A DNA stretch of 63,448 bases, filler included, from Reticulomyxa filosa (taxonomy: Eukaryota; Protista; Foraminifera), in NCBI GenBank assembly GCA_000512085.1. It is 12 parts of 12 records of this genome, joined end to end, with 100 filler letters (N's around TTAATTAATTAA, not from the genome) between each part and the next. Parts side by side here need not be neighbours in the genome. Positions count along the whole stretch, not along the records: positions 8,857 to 17,127 come from ASPP01005530.1; positions 17,228 to 25,319 come from ASPP01006682.1; 10 more parts are not named here. One strand, given 5' to 3'. The notes under the pieces were generated by a model, which saw nothing but the letters and a program-made list of their open reading frames with translations, was not told where the DNA came from and made no database searches. The stretch's first letter is position 1. Each line of letters starts with the position of its first letter. Below, one piece after another: positions 13,534 to 25,419 of the stretch. The position numbers and the translations under genes are program-made.

Positions 13534-14160
13534 ACACCTTCGTTAGGCAAGTGACTCGGATTAGTTCGGGTGGTCTCTCTGTTGGAGATAGTGCGCTTCT
13601 TGAAAATAGCACTGAGCCAGAAACACAAAGGATGGTCACTGCGTTTCAATTGCACGGATATTATAACGGACAATACAACTACTAACCCCGCCAACAATAA
13701 TACTAGACAATTCACTGTCCATGAATTTACTATGTTTTATGTGTTGTGTATTTGTGTTATGCACTTTGTACTTTCATTCGTGTGACGCGTTCACGCATGT
13801 TCGCTATGTTGCCTCGTGTTTATTCAAGCAGACCACAAAATTAGAGCACTGCGTGTTTAATGCATTTCAATCTTTTTTTTATTTCCATATGCATGCTTTG
13901 TTTTGTTTTTTTTTTTAACCCAAAAACGCTCCATTAGAACTGCTTTTTACTGTTCCATTGGAACCGCCTCCACAGGCACAACAGGCTTTTAATGAACCAG
14001 AAGTGCAATTTCCCGTATTTTTTTTGTACCAATAACAAGTATATCCATCATTATCGTACCATAATGTATCATTGCGTCGCAAATCGTTACAACCTTTTGT
14101 TAACCAAATCAGAGTAATAAAGTAGTATGCATATTTCCACACTATTTGTATTGGCAACAT
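10962..14160 (-). CDS. Single-pass receptor-like TKL/tyrosine-kinase-like pseudokinase
   Basis: Signal peptide and Cys-rich ectodomain (CND..WYDNDGYTCYWY..C..ACCACGGG, 13915-14160), TM helix (CLVLLLAGLVVVLSVIISV), long juxtamembrane region, then kinase motifs GEGRFG, VAVK, HGNVTTRN (exon 11566-11619 plus the next exon), DFG, WLAPE and DVYAFG. Confidence 0.8.
13378..13432. repeat. Intronic 7-nt tandem repeat (ATATGAW)n followed by (TA)n
   Basis: Sequence atatgaaatatgaaatatgaaatatgatatatgatatatgaaatatgaaatatg read directly. Confidence 0.8.
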
Positions 14161-14855
14161 GATTTTGTCAAGGTCCCAGTTGCAAATTGACCCTTATTTT
14201 TCTCAGCTTTTCAGTACGTCCTAAGTTTTGCGTTTATCTTCACAAATTTGTTGTTAATTCTTGATACTAATTAAAGCATTTTTATAATTAAGCGTTTAAA
14301 TCACGTAAATTTGGATTGAAAGCTAATACCTTATTTGTTTAAATCCATTCGATAACCAACAATTTGTTTTAACTGATTGAAACGTGATGTGTAGTACCTT
14401 AAATGGTAAAGTATACTGCATAACAACTGTTATTTAATATTTCGTGAATGTCAACATTACATTCAATTTAACATTTAATCAACGTTTTCATCACTGAAAC
14501 TCATTTAGTAATCATATTTTCCGCCAAATATTATTTATCTTTTATTTTCTATAATCTGCTTTTTAATATTTTAGCTCATATAATTACATTATTTCAGTAT
14601 CTCCCTCAGTGTCAATTTCTACGAATTATATGTGTTTCAAAATCAGTGGAAACAGGTCAAGTAGAAAGGGGAGACGAATTTTCTCCAAAAAAAAAAAAAT
14701 AGCATAATCCAAACTATTTAAACAAATCAATAATTACTAAAAAAAAATGACAGATACAAACAATGTTTCTATGGCAAGCTTAGTTTTTATATTCCCTTGA
14801 TTTTGAAAAACAGTAATGTTTGACGCGAATTGGGTTTTGTGACAAACAATAATTA

Positions 14856-16697
14856 GTGAAAGCGTCGACAGTGGAATTGGTGCACAACCAGGAGTTGCGT
14901 ATAGGCGTCAGTTCGAATCAAGTGGTACGTATTTGGTTAATAAAAGGGACAGCAGAAATCTTTGGAGTGGAGTTGAAGCAAAGCAAGCCGGACATGAGCA
15001 AGCGAAAGATGAAGCAAAACAGCAAGCACAAAGGGAAAGAGGGGAGCGGAGAAGGGGGAGGGGGGGGAGGAGGAGGAACGAATGGAACAGGGAACGAAAA
15101 ATCAGGAGAAAAGGAAGTAATAAACGTGGGCGAAGAGATGAATTTGAAATCGGCATACGAATTCAAGAACTGTCACATATCGATATACACATGCAACGAG
15201 GAAGGGTGCAAAGTGGTGATATCCGGAGAAACGCAATACTCGTATGTGTCGAACGAGACGCCAATGATGACGTATATCAACTACAATTATTCGCTGACGA
15301 ACATGCGGCGATGCGCACAAATGGCATTGATTGACAAAGAGATGGACAGTAATCGGGACAGCAAAGAGCACATGATGATAGATGACGACGACGACGACGA
15401 CGACGATGACTATGTTATTGGCGGTGTCGGTGGCAACATTAATAGCAATAATAGCAATAGCAATAGCAATAATAGCAATAATAGCAGTATTATAAATGCA
15501 AGTAGTAGCATTAGTATAACAACAACAACAGCAACAACAACAACAACAACTACTACTACTACTAGTATTGGTAGTGATAGTTCGAATGTGCCTAGCCACA
15601 GTGCAATCGATGCGATAATCGAAAAGGAAGCCAACACCTTTGGACCTCGAGTAATGATCGTGGGACCTGCAAACACTGGCAAAGCGACGCTGGCGAGGAT
15701 ATTGGCAAACTACGGGGTACGTAGCGGGTTTTGTCCGATTTTAGTGGACTTGGATTGCAGCTTGAATCTGATGACCATTCCTGGCGCTATTGCCGCGATG
15801 GGCATGACGGAGTCGACCAACTTTGAAGTTGGCTTGCATTTGAACTCGAACACGCTGATGTCGAAAGACATAATTGGCGGGTCGATGATCTACTCGAATC
15901 AATGCAAGCCCATTGTATACTATTATGGTCACTTGGACCCCAGCTCGAAAAGCGAAGTGTATCGCATTTGTGTGTCGTCTTTGGCATTGGCTGTGAAAGA
16001 GCGTCTCATCCAATGCAATGCGTACAGATGTGGCGGCGTCATTATCAAATGTCATAACTCACTTTGCAGCTCTCCTAGTGTGCTTGGCGAAGTCATTGAC
16101 GTCTTCAAAGTCAATGTCATCATCGTCGTCGATGACGAGTATCTTTACAACCATTTAAAGACTGCACACAAAGACAGACACATTGCCGTCGAAAAGGTCA
16201 CCAAGTCAGGGGGCGTCAAACAAAAAGACGAAACTGAACGACAAGCACTACGTCAACGCATCATTCGCAATTATTTCTATGGCTGTCTCAACGACTTTGA
16301 ACCCTCGAGCATCAGCTTCGATGCCAAGTGGGCTCGCATTTATCAAATTGGCAAAGACAAAACCGAGTCTTCATTACTCCCCATGGACGAAAAGTCGGCC
16401 GTTCAAAAGTTTAGCTTCTTGCCGGTTCGAATGGACGCCAGTCTTCGAGGACAAGTGCTAGCCGTCTTGCACGAAGACTTGGACCAAAAAAAATCGGAAA
16501 CTGACACTGTTGAAATGTCTTGTGTCATGGGCTTTGTTCATGTCACCGATGTTTCTGCGTCTCAGACATTATATGGAGTTGGCCTTGCTTCTCAATCACA
16601 AGTCCCTTTCGAAATTACTTTGCTTAGTCCAACTTTAGACTCAGAGCTTTACAAAAAATGTTTTCTTAAAGGAAACGTTGTATGGACTGATCGTTGA
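14856..16697 (+). CDS. CLP1: Clp1 family mRNA 3'-processing factor / polynucleotide kinase fold; true start unresolved
   Basis: N-domain GTAEIFGVEL and YVSNETPM; P-loop GPRVMIVGPANTGK; IPGAIAA, PIVYYYGH, KSGGV and IRNYFYG; C-domain VMGFVHVTDV..ITLLSP. Contains a long D/N/S/T low-complexity insert. The ORF begins at GTG just after TTAG, so an upstream exon is likely. Confidence 0.9.
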   Translation: MKASTVELVHNQELRIGVSSNQVVRIWLIKGTAEIFGVELKQSKPDMSKRKMKQNSKHKGKEGSGEGGGGGGGGTNGTGNEKSGEKEVINVGEEMNLKSAYEFKNCHISIYTCNEEGCKVVISGETQYSYVSNETPMMTYINYNYSLTNMRRCAQMALIDKEMDSNRDSKEHMMIDDDDDDDDDDYVIGGVGGNINSNNSNSNSNNSNNSSIINASSSISITTTTATTTTTTTTTTSIGSDSSNVPSHSAIDAIIEKEANTFGPRVMIVGPANTGKATLARILANYGVRSGFCPILVDLDCSLNLMTIPGAIAAMGMTESTNFEVGLHLNSNTLMSKDIIGGSMIYSNQCKPIVYYYGHLDPSSKSEVYRICVSSLALAVKERLIQCNAYRCGGVIIKCHNSLCSSPSVLGEVIDVFKVNVIIVVDDEYLYNHLKTAHKDRHIAVEKVTKSGGVKQKDETERQALRQRIIRNYFYGCLNDFEPSSISFDAKWARIYQIGKDKTESSLLPMDEKSAVQKFSFLPVRMDASLRGQVLAVLHEDLDQKKSETDTVEMSCVMGFVHVTDVSASQTLYGVGLASQSQVPFEITLLSPTLDSELYKKCFLKGNVVWTDR

Positions 16698-17227
16698 CCT
16701 TCCCTTTTTATACTCGACATCCATACATTATTATTACTAGAGTAATTTTTTTTTTCCACTCCTTTCATAAATCAAACCGATATGCGCATTCATTCATTCG
16801 AACAAATTGTCTTACAAAGTGCTTGTTCAATTTATTATTTTATTATTTATTATTTTCACACTCCCCCTCCCCCCCCCCCTCATCAATCCTTTTTTTGTTA
16901 TTCTTGTAACTGGCTGCTTTTTTTTCATAAACAATTCCAACATAAATAAAGAATTCTTAAAGTTTATATTGGCAATGCTTGTTTCTTTTGAAACATTATA
17001 TACACAAAGAATTGTTTTAGTGACTGCTGCAAAATTGGACAACGCAAAAAAAATGATTATTGCAAAAAATAATTTTTGTTAGTGATATCTGTAAAATTGA
17101 ACTAATGTAGTGAGACTACTTACGTCANNNNNNNNNNNNNNNNNNNNNNNNNNNNNNNNNNNNNNNNNNNNTTAATTAATTAANNNNNNNNNNNNNNNNN
17201 NNNNNNNNNNNNNNNNNNNNNNNNNNN

Positions 17228-17266
<39 letters not shown>

Positions 17267-17306
17267 TTCTCTCCTACTCTTCTCACTCCAAAACAATGAA
17301 CAATAG

Positions 17307-19214
17307 AGCCAGTTGCGGACCACAATGCACTAGCTTCCAAACAAGGCAACCACTCGTTGTGCAATGACTTGATCCCTCATTTCTTACCTACCAATTTCAC
17401 GCCCTCGGTGACCTATCCCAACGATTTCTCTTCCATTTCGCCCTGTTCGTCCGACTGCTATCTCCACAAGAAGGTTTATTCCGACGCACCAATTCTTTTG
17501 TATATACATATATATACATACATATATATATATATATAATATATGTCGGATCATACAAACATACATGCACGTATACAAGAATATGAGAACGCAATCGGAA
17601 CAAAAAATAAAAAACAAAAAATAGCAATGGAATGAATTTGACGAAAAAAGCCGAGACAAAGAATGGAACGAGCTGGACGAGGGAATACTGCGAATGCTTC
17701 TTCCAGTTTGCCGTCGTAATGTGTGTCAAATGAAAGACATTTTGCCGAATGTCCATTGCCAGTATACGTGCGATCAGGTGCTCTTCAAAGTCTGGTCATG
17801 GCTCCCTTCTTTCCGTCCTTTGGGCACTCCCGACACTTGTCCAGTCCTCCCTTCCGCGTCCGATCCACTATCAAATTCGCTCACTGACAAAAAGGCAACC
17901 ACCAAACTGCGAAAAAAGCAACCCAGTTCACTCTTTTATTCAACATATATATATATATATATGCACATATATGTATGTATATATATGTTTGTTTGTATAT
18001 AGAGACACAACAAGCGATTCAAAAAGGAAAAGAAACACCTCATCAATTTGAGCCTTGTGATCATGATGGTCCATGTACAAAAGACAATTGCATATGTATT
18101 CAACGCAAAAACTATTGTGAAAAATTTTGCACATGTCCTCAAACTTGTTCACAAAGGCAAAAGAAAACACGTTCTTTTTTTTTTTCTTTTTTTTTTTCCC
18201 CCCTCCTTTTTTTTCTTTCCCTCCATTGTTCTCCTCCCTCTGTCTCTCTCTCTCTCTCTCCTAATCAGAACAGCACTGCCTGATGTGGACATTGCTTGAT
18301 TTGTTTGTTTGCTTTGCGTGTATGGCTCTGAAAAAAGGTTTGGTGGGTGCGCCTGTCGATGGGGTCGGTGTCGAACGCGGTCCTGTCCCTGCTATAATGC
18401 CCAGCGCGAGTGCGACCCGGACCTTTGTCGCATGTGCCAAAGCTATTTGACGCCGGCGGTGATGCGTGAGGCCAGACAATGGTTAGAAGAGTACAAATCC
18501 AAGAACCGCTGTCCGAAGCCGTTTCCTCTTCCCCTGATCCGTCCACCAATTTCCACAAAGACGAATCGCACGAACAAAAAAGGAATTTCGATTTGGAAAT
18601 GAAAGACTCTTCCAAAGAAAAACAACAGTCCTGTTGGGACAAAAACTTGACTGTCGAAATTGCTGGAATTCCAGGAATCAAGTATTATACACATATACAT
18701 ATATATATTCACTTATAATGTTATCAATCTTACACGATTGACGAAATGAAAACATTGGATATATTTCAGGCCTTTTATCTTATGCGATAACGTGAATTGC
18801 ACTCAACGTGCGAAAAAGAAATTGTGGATTGGGAAGTCACGCGTCCATGGATTTGGATGCTTTGCGGGTGAGCTTATAAAGAAAGACGAATTTATAACTG
18901 AATATTTGGGTGAGGTCATTACTCAAGACGAGGCAGATCGTCGTGGAAAGATATATGACAAAATGAATCTGTCCTATCTATTTGACTTGAACAAAGAGTG
19001 TGTCATTGACGCGGCTCGAAAGGGATGCAAAATCAAGTTTGCTAATCACAGCAGTGCTTCTGCCAATTGCCACGCTCGCATTGTAAAAACCAATGGAGAG
19101 CATCGCGTTTGTGTCTACTCCAAAAAAGATATTCAACCAGGAGAGGAATTGTTTTTTGATTATGGCCACGGCTCACATAAATCGGCCAAACCGGAGTGGT
19201 TTGAACATGACTAA
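17307..19214 (+). CDS. EZH: Enhancer of zeste-like H3K27 methyltransferase (SANT-CXC-SET), 5'-partial, multi-exon
   Basis: PCSSDCYLH; CXC domain PCDHDGPC..NYCEKFC..RFGGCAC..CPCYNAQRECDPDLC; SET domain EYLGEVITQDEADRRGKIYD..YLFDLN..IDAARKG..FANHS..GEELFFDY, closely matching E(z)/EZH2. Confidence 0.92.
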
Positions 19215-19735
19215 ATTATTGCTACTCTTTTTTTTTTTTTTTTTTTGGTCTGTTTTTAACTTGCCTTTTTTATTTATTGTTGCCTCCTTATGTGCGAAAT
19301 TGGAAACATCATCTCTTTATTTGCAAGCTTTCACAAAATGATAACTAATAACAAAGAAAGACTCCCCTCCCCCCCCTCTTTTAAAAAGAGATGAAATAAA
19401 ATATATCGACTCTAGCTCAAAAAAAGTGCAAGGAGATGGGGGCACCGTTTCTTTTAAACAATGGCTCCTTTTTAGATTCTGTCACCAAAACACTTAACAC
19501 AGCGCAAATGTGAAAACACTGTTTTGCAATTAATAAAAATTTTTTCAAACCGATCATAAACATTTTGTTAGCAATGGATGTGGATTGGCCAAAAGAATGT
19601 ATTTGTTATTATTTTTTTTTTGTTTTTGTTTTTTTGAAAAAAAAATTGAAGAGTACATTAACAAGCAATGACAAATTGAAAAAGAGGAGTTAAAAAAAAA
19701 AAAAAAAAAAAATTAAGGAAGAAGAATGTATAATC

Positions 19736-20728
19736 TCAATATTTGGTATAATGTTCAGTAGTAGGTAGTTGGACAAGAGAAGTTTTGGTAATGAGTTGAT
19801 AACAGCCGGGACACCGTAGCTTGCCTCCTTCACTGCGCAAATGTCCTTCCAAGCAGTAATAACAAAACCAGTGTTCGCATTCAACCGACTTGCAAGGGAT
19901 AGTAATAGGACAAACACGACAGATGACACAAGGCGTGGACCACATATCCTCTTTGAATTGGTTTTCTTGTTCCTGTTTGGTGGCAACGACTTTTTCGACT
20001 GGCTTTTCAGTTTCGTTTTGGAGTTTGTGATACTCTTGTTGAAAATGGCTCATAGTCCACGTCAGCTGCGTGATGCCAAGATACATGTGTTGCATCGTCC
20101 TTGCGGCCTGTCGGAAGTTGATCAGAGGGACGACACACAATAAGAAATCACTCAGTGCTGTCCACACGAGCTGTTGATTCATAAAGTCAAACACGATCGC
20201 TCGACCAATGTTTGGGTTTGTGTACTTCATTTCCACGCCCAATATTCGCTCGGTTAACGACCGATACTTGCCTTCGCGTATGAACCACAACCAATTGGCC
20301 AACGCCAAAATACGCACAATTACGGAAATTCGGTGAATCCACTGATTCGTGGTATTGCTCCCGCTCTCAGATGTGTGTCGTGCCAGTCTTCTCCATACGT
20401 ATGGCACTGCCACACTCAATATCAAAAAGTATGCCCTTGTTCGTCCCGAAATTGGTATTTGGTATTCAATGTTTTGCATTATTGCTCCTGGTGTTGACAC
20501 GACTGACATGCTATTGGGCATTGACACAAAATACAACATTAGCTCCACTGCTGCTTCAATTTCAATTTCATATCTCAACGGAAACGAACTCATTGGAAAG
20601 TGCTTAAATATTCTCCCCAGTAGTGTTTTCAAACTTGATCTTAGTTCATTGTCTAATGCCAATGCATCTAATTGGTTCACTCGAGCAGCCTCACTGGCCA
20701 AGAGATGATCTGATGGCTTTGATTCCAT
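19736..20728 (-). CDS. PEX2: Peroxin 2 (peroxisomal RING E3 ligase), intronless
   Basis: ARVNQLDALALDNEL, GKYRSLTERILG and FDFMNQQLVW are Pex2 hallmarks. C-terminal C3HC4 RING CVIC..CEHWFCYYC..CPGC. Confidence 0.9.
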   Translation of the reverse strand: MESKPSDHLLASEAARVNQLDALALDNELRSSLKTLLGRIFKHFPMSSFPLRYEIEIEAAVELMLYFVSMPNSMSVVSTPGAIMQNIEYQIPISGRTRAYFLILSVAVPYVWRRLARHTSESGSNTTNQWIHRISVIVRILALANWLWFIREGKYRSLTERILGVEMKYTNPNIGRAIVFDFMNQQLVWTALSDFLLCVVPLINFRQAARTMQHMYLGITQLTWTMSHFQQEYHKLQNETEKPVEKVVATKQEQENQFKEDMWSTPCVICRVCPITIPCKSVECEHWFCYYCLEGHLRSEGGKLRCPGCYQLITKTSLVQLPTTEHYTKY

Positions 20729-21110
20729 TTTTGATTATTATAATTTTTTTTTTTTTTATTATCTCACCCCCTTTAATTTTTTAAGTTCTGGTGTTACAAA
20801 GGTTTTTTTCCGTATAAAACAAAATAATTTTTCAAAGTTTATCTTATGTGTAATATATTCGTAATGTTAATTTTACCTAGAATAAACATATGCTTTTCTT
20901 TTTGGAAATGTGACATACATGAGTTTGATTGTAAGAAATTTCTCAAAACAAACACAGCTACAATCTCCAAATACAACTAAATTCTATGGAAAGTAATTAT
21001 TAATAGATAAGCAGTGTTTAAAAAGACTTTAAATAAAGTAAATTGGTGCTTTTGGAGTTTTTTTTTTTAGAGTTGCCTACCTCCCCTTTTACATACTCGG
21101 AAATATCCAA

Positions 21111-21857
21111 ATGAAAAGAAAAAGCATATTAAAATCAAGCTCCTCTTATCCTTCAAAGCGAAGAAGGTTGGAAGATCCCTCGTTGGAGTCTGCTGCAGCA
21201 GTGACGGCGGACGACTTGGAGCTGAACTTGGACTTGGACTTGGGTATGAACATTCCAATCAGCCCAAAATTTTTTACAGCGAACGTGGAGCGACTGAAGT
21301 TGAATGAGCACATATCGTTGGAGTATGTAATGGATAATACCGGAAGTCATCACAGCGTGTTATGGGAGAATAAGTTGTTTCTACCATTGTCAGCACTGTG
21401 TCGATACGAGAGATTGATTGATGGTTCGAGCGATGGACCTGCAATCTATGTGAATCCGCCATTGGATAAAAACGCCGCAAAGAAGAACAGTAATATGTTG
21501 GGAGTCAAGTATAAGCGTTACCCGTATTGTCACTTTGGACAGCCAACAGCGGAGGAAATACGAGACTTGTATGAGAGGTCGCCGGAGATAATTCAGCGTT
21601 CGTTTTACTGTGGAGCCATTCTCTGCGACATCCATCACCAAATCATGCGCAAAGTCAATGGCGAGTCGTCGAAGCGGCAAAAATGGAACGAAATCGACGA
21701 GTTGCTGTTGCGACTCGATTTTAGTGGAAGTGTTGACAATTTCAACGCGCATTTGCGCTACTTGGCTCTTGTTCAAGAAGAGCAACAAGTGCAACATTTT
21801 TTAGCAGAAAGTGAAAGTGATAACAATGAAAACGATAATAACAGTAATAATAATAAC

Positions 21858-21931
<74 letters not shown>

Positions 21932-24420
21932 TAATAATAATAATAATAATGACAATGACAATGACAAAACAATGAATTTAAATCAATTGCTACGTCATAT
22001 AAGCGGTGATGAAAAAACGGCCATTGGTAGCTTGTGTTTGATGCTTGCGAATCTGTACATCGAAGGCAACCGGGTAATGGAGGCCCGACGGATTTTGGAC
22101 TGCTTGCTGGAGCACGGGTTATTCGAGGCGCGGAGTCGCTTGATTCAAGTAAAGGCACTGTTTAAAGATGGACATTACAAGGCGGCGAATCTGTGTTTCG
22201 AAGAGATGGAGTCGTTGCAGCAGAAGAACAGCAGCAACAGTATCATCAAGGACACCAGCATTCTGTCGTCGCAATTTTCCCGTGAGCTTCGTATTTTGAA
22301 TTGTATCCATTGTCACGACTTTAAAACGGCGCTGCAGTTGATCGGCAACGAGTTGGACATGATACCAAAGGAGTCGTTTGCGGATGCCGCGCGACTGTAC
22401 TTTTTGAAAGGCAAGGCATTGCAGGCGCAGTGTTGGAATGGACTGCCCCATTTATTTCCATTGGCAAAAAGGGCAAAAGCAAGGCCACCAGCATCAACAC
22501 CAGTACCACCACATGCATCGTCATCATCGTCGTCATCGTCTTCATCGTCATCCTCGCCGCCTACACAAAAGAAACAACAAAAGTCAAAAGGCAAAGGGAA
22601 TCGACGTGAAGACAGCTTGCTACGTCGCATCAAAGATATCCCCGCTGTAATCAGCGCGTTCGAAAGCAAACGACGCAAGCCTTATCACGTGCGACGTCAG
22701 GGCGGCCCCATTGCACTCGAACCCGATCCCATTTTGGACTTTCCCAAAGCCTATGACGTGCGCAAAGCGTTTGTGTCAGTGCTCAATCTATGCTCCACAA
22801 TCCAAGAGCAAACGCTAGAAACCAAAGCGTGGCTCGAAATCGCGCAAACATACTTGGAGATCTTGATGACATACTGCGCTCTGCCTACACATTGCCAGTT
22901 CTTGATCGGACATGAGCCCAATGTCGCCGTCGAGGCCGTGCTCACGTGGCTGTCCGAGGACGGACAAATGGTGACTCCGCAACAAATATTAGAGAGATGC
23001 TTTGAGGTCATCGACACCTCGCTGACGGAGGCATTGGCCAACAGTCGAACTCATATGCATGTGACAGTGCTTCTCAAATCGTATATCAGTTTTGCTGAAT
23101 TTCATCTCTTACAAAACAACGAAACACAATCCCAAGACTATTGGGAACAAGCCAAGCTCTGTTTGTTTCAAATGTATCGCGACAGCAATGACTGGATCTT
23201 ATTGCGACAAATGAATCGACATTTCCGCTTTGACATTCACCACGTCTTTAAGCGCATTGTGCGCTTGCTCATCTGCTTTTCTCCGTCGTACATTGCCCAC
23301 AACATTGACGTATTGAACTCGTTTGTCGCCTTCGAGACCTTTATGTTCGCCCAACATGACTTTTCCGATATTCTGGCCACACACACTAGCAATGGCAACA
23401 ATGTCAATACAATGCCGCATTTGCTCTCCTTTGTTCCTCGTCGTGTGTTGAATGATATTATCGAAGAACATTCGCCGAAACAAGAACGTGAACTGCGACA
23501 ACCCCAATCTCAACCTCAATATCAATCTCAACCTCAATCTCAACCCCAATCTCAACCTCAACCTCAACCCCAACCCCAACCCCAATCTCAACAACAATCT
23601 CAACCTCAACTTCAACAGCTACCCCAACCTCAATTCCAATCGCAACAGCAAAGTGTCACATCTTTGAAAGACCACAGTGCATTTGCCGAGAAAAAGGTCA
23701 TCCTCCCTGCGCGCATCTTGTATCCGTCCAAAAGCATTTCCGAAAGCGCCACCACGCCTACCGCCGCTGCTTACGACAACACCACGCAGCGCTTCAGCTT
23801 GAAGAGCATTCCGTTCAAAGTAGACGAAAGCAACCCCGGCCTCGACCAAGACGAAAAGAAATACGAAGAAATGAAGAGAAATGCTTATTTGAATGCAAAC
23901 GAAAATGGCAACAATAGTAGTGGTAATGGCTACGTTCGTAACCGTGTTAATAGTAATGGAAATACCAATGTTAGAAGTAGTGAGCGTGACAAACGTGTGG
24001 TGGTCCGAAATGACAGCGTCTTGGCTTCGGAGGTCAATAGCACTATGAACGACGAGGAAGGTGTGAATCCGACTACGTCCAAGCACATTCAACCGTTTTT
24101 GCCATTGTTCGAATGCTATGACGGCAACGAGTGTAATGAGAGCAACGAGAGCAATGAGAGAAATGAAAGCAATGAGAACAATGAGAACAATGACATCAAG
24201 GACGATAATGAGCACGTCGGCACGCGCGCAAGCTCGAAGCCGTCATCTCATGTCAATGTAAAGAAATGTCTGTCGCAGATAATGGAAAAGTACTGGAAAA
24301 TAGACAACGAATGGATCACGTCCGGAAGAAAAGATGCAACTCATAACGACGATGTGATGGATATAGTCACACAAATGCAAATCCTGAATCCAAGTCAGTT
24401 TCAAAGCACAGACCAAATAG

Positions 24421-24463
<43 letters not shown>

Positions 24464-25286
24464 TAATAATGATAACCATAAATTATGGAGTGTAAATGAA
24501 GTATTGGTATTGCCTCTCGACGCAGTCGTGTTTGTGTTTCATCCGCAGAGCTGCAAGAAGATGGCGATGGTAAACAAGGAGCACGTGCAAGGATTGATGC
24601 GCAGCGTCGGGATGGACACATTGACGGTGCTCATCGACGAGTTGCAAGGTATTGTGCGCCACGACCATTGGCTTGGATCACCTTCGATATCACATATCCA
24701 ATCGAATCGCGAGTACAACCGAGCCAATGTATCAGTGTCGTCCCCGTTGACGAAAGAAGGAAACGAGCCGAAGCCGAGCAAAGAGGACCTAATGGACCTG
24801 ATCGCCATGCCACAGTTGCAACTGACACATTTGAACGAGATGTTGTCATGTCTCGACCCACAAAATATCTTGAAGCTGATCAGCGCCCTGATGAGTGAGC
24901 GACAAGTCGTGATTGTCAGTGTGGAGAGATGCCGCGTGTTAGCCATTATCAACTCCGTGCTCGCGTTGCTGTATCCATTCCAGTGGCAAGGTCTGTGCAT
25001 CCCCTGGCTCCATCCCTCGTGTCGCAAGATGCTGTTTCTGCCGCAGCCCTTTATTATCGGTGTGGCGGACCTGGCATGGTTCGACCTGTCTTCACGAGCC
25101 TTTGACGTGCTGGTGGACGCCGACAAAAACATAGTCCGCGTCAACTCGCCTCGCGTGTGTCCATTTCCAAGCAACATTAAGTCGCGTTTGTCACGTTGTC
25201 TATTGAAGGTTATGCCTTTATTGTGGAAGTGTAATTTGTCGGCAAAGCTCCAGCAGTACCATGTGCCAATGCAATCCAACAACAAC

Positions 25287-25319
<33 letters not shown>
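21111..25319 (+). CDS. Large helical/TPR-like protein with C-terminal DENN (Rab GEF) domain, 3'-partial
   Basis: cDENN motifs LDPQNILKLISALMSERQVVIVS..ALLYPFQWQGLCIPWL..PQPFIIGV. A 1400-codon open frame with poly-N, poly-S and QP-repeat tracts runs into the linker. Confidence 0.8.
21830..21965 (+). repeat. (AAT)n microsatellite encoding poly-Asn; similar tracts at ~24420-24475 and ~25277-25319
   Basis: Direct inspection. Confidence 0.95.
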
Positions 25320-25419
25320 NNNNNNNNNNNNNNNNNNNNNNNNNNNNNNNNNNNNNNNNNNNNTTAATTAATTAANNNNNNNNNNNNNNNNNNNNNNNNN
25401 NNNNNNNNNNNNNNNNNNN

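Noticed and set aside
14856-14858. GTG initiation of Clp1
   Set aside because: It overlaps a TTAG acceptor-like site, so an unresolved upstream exon is more likely.
21742-22158. Antisense ORFs with poly-Y/L/I/C tracts (also 7781-8303, 15102-15682, 44786-45333)
   Set aside because: These are shadow frames of AAT, GAT and GAA repeats in real genes on the opposite strand or in another frame.
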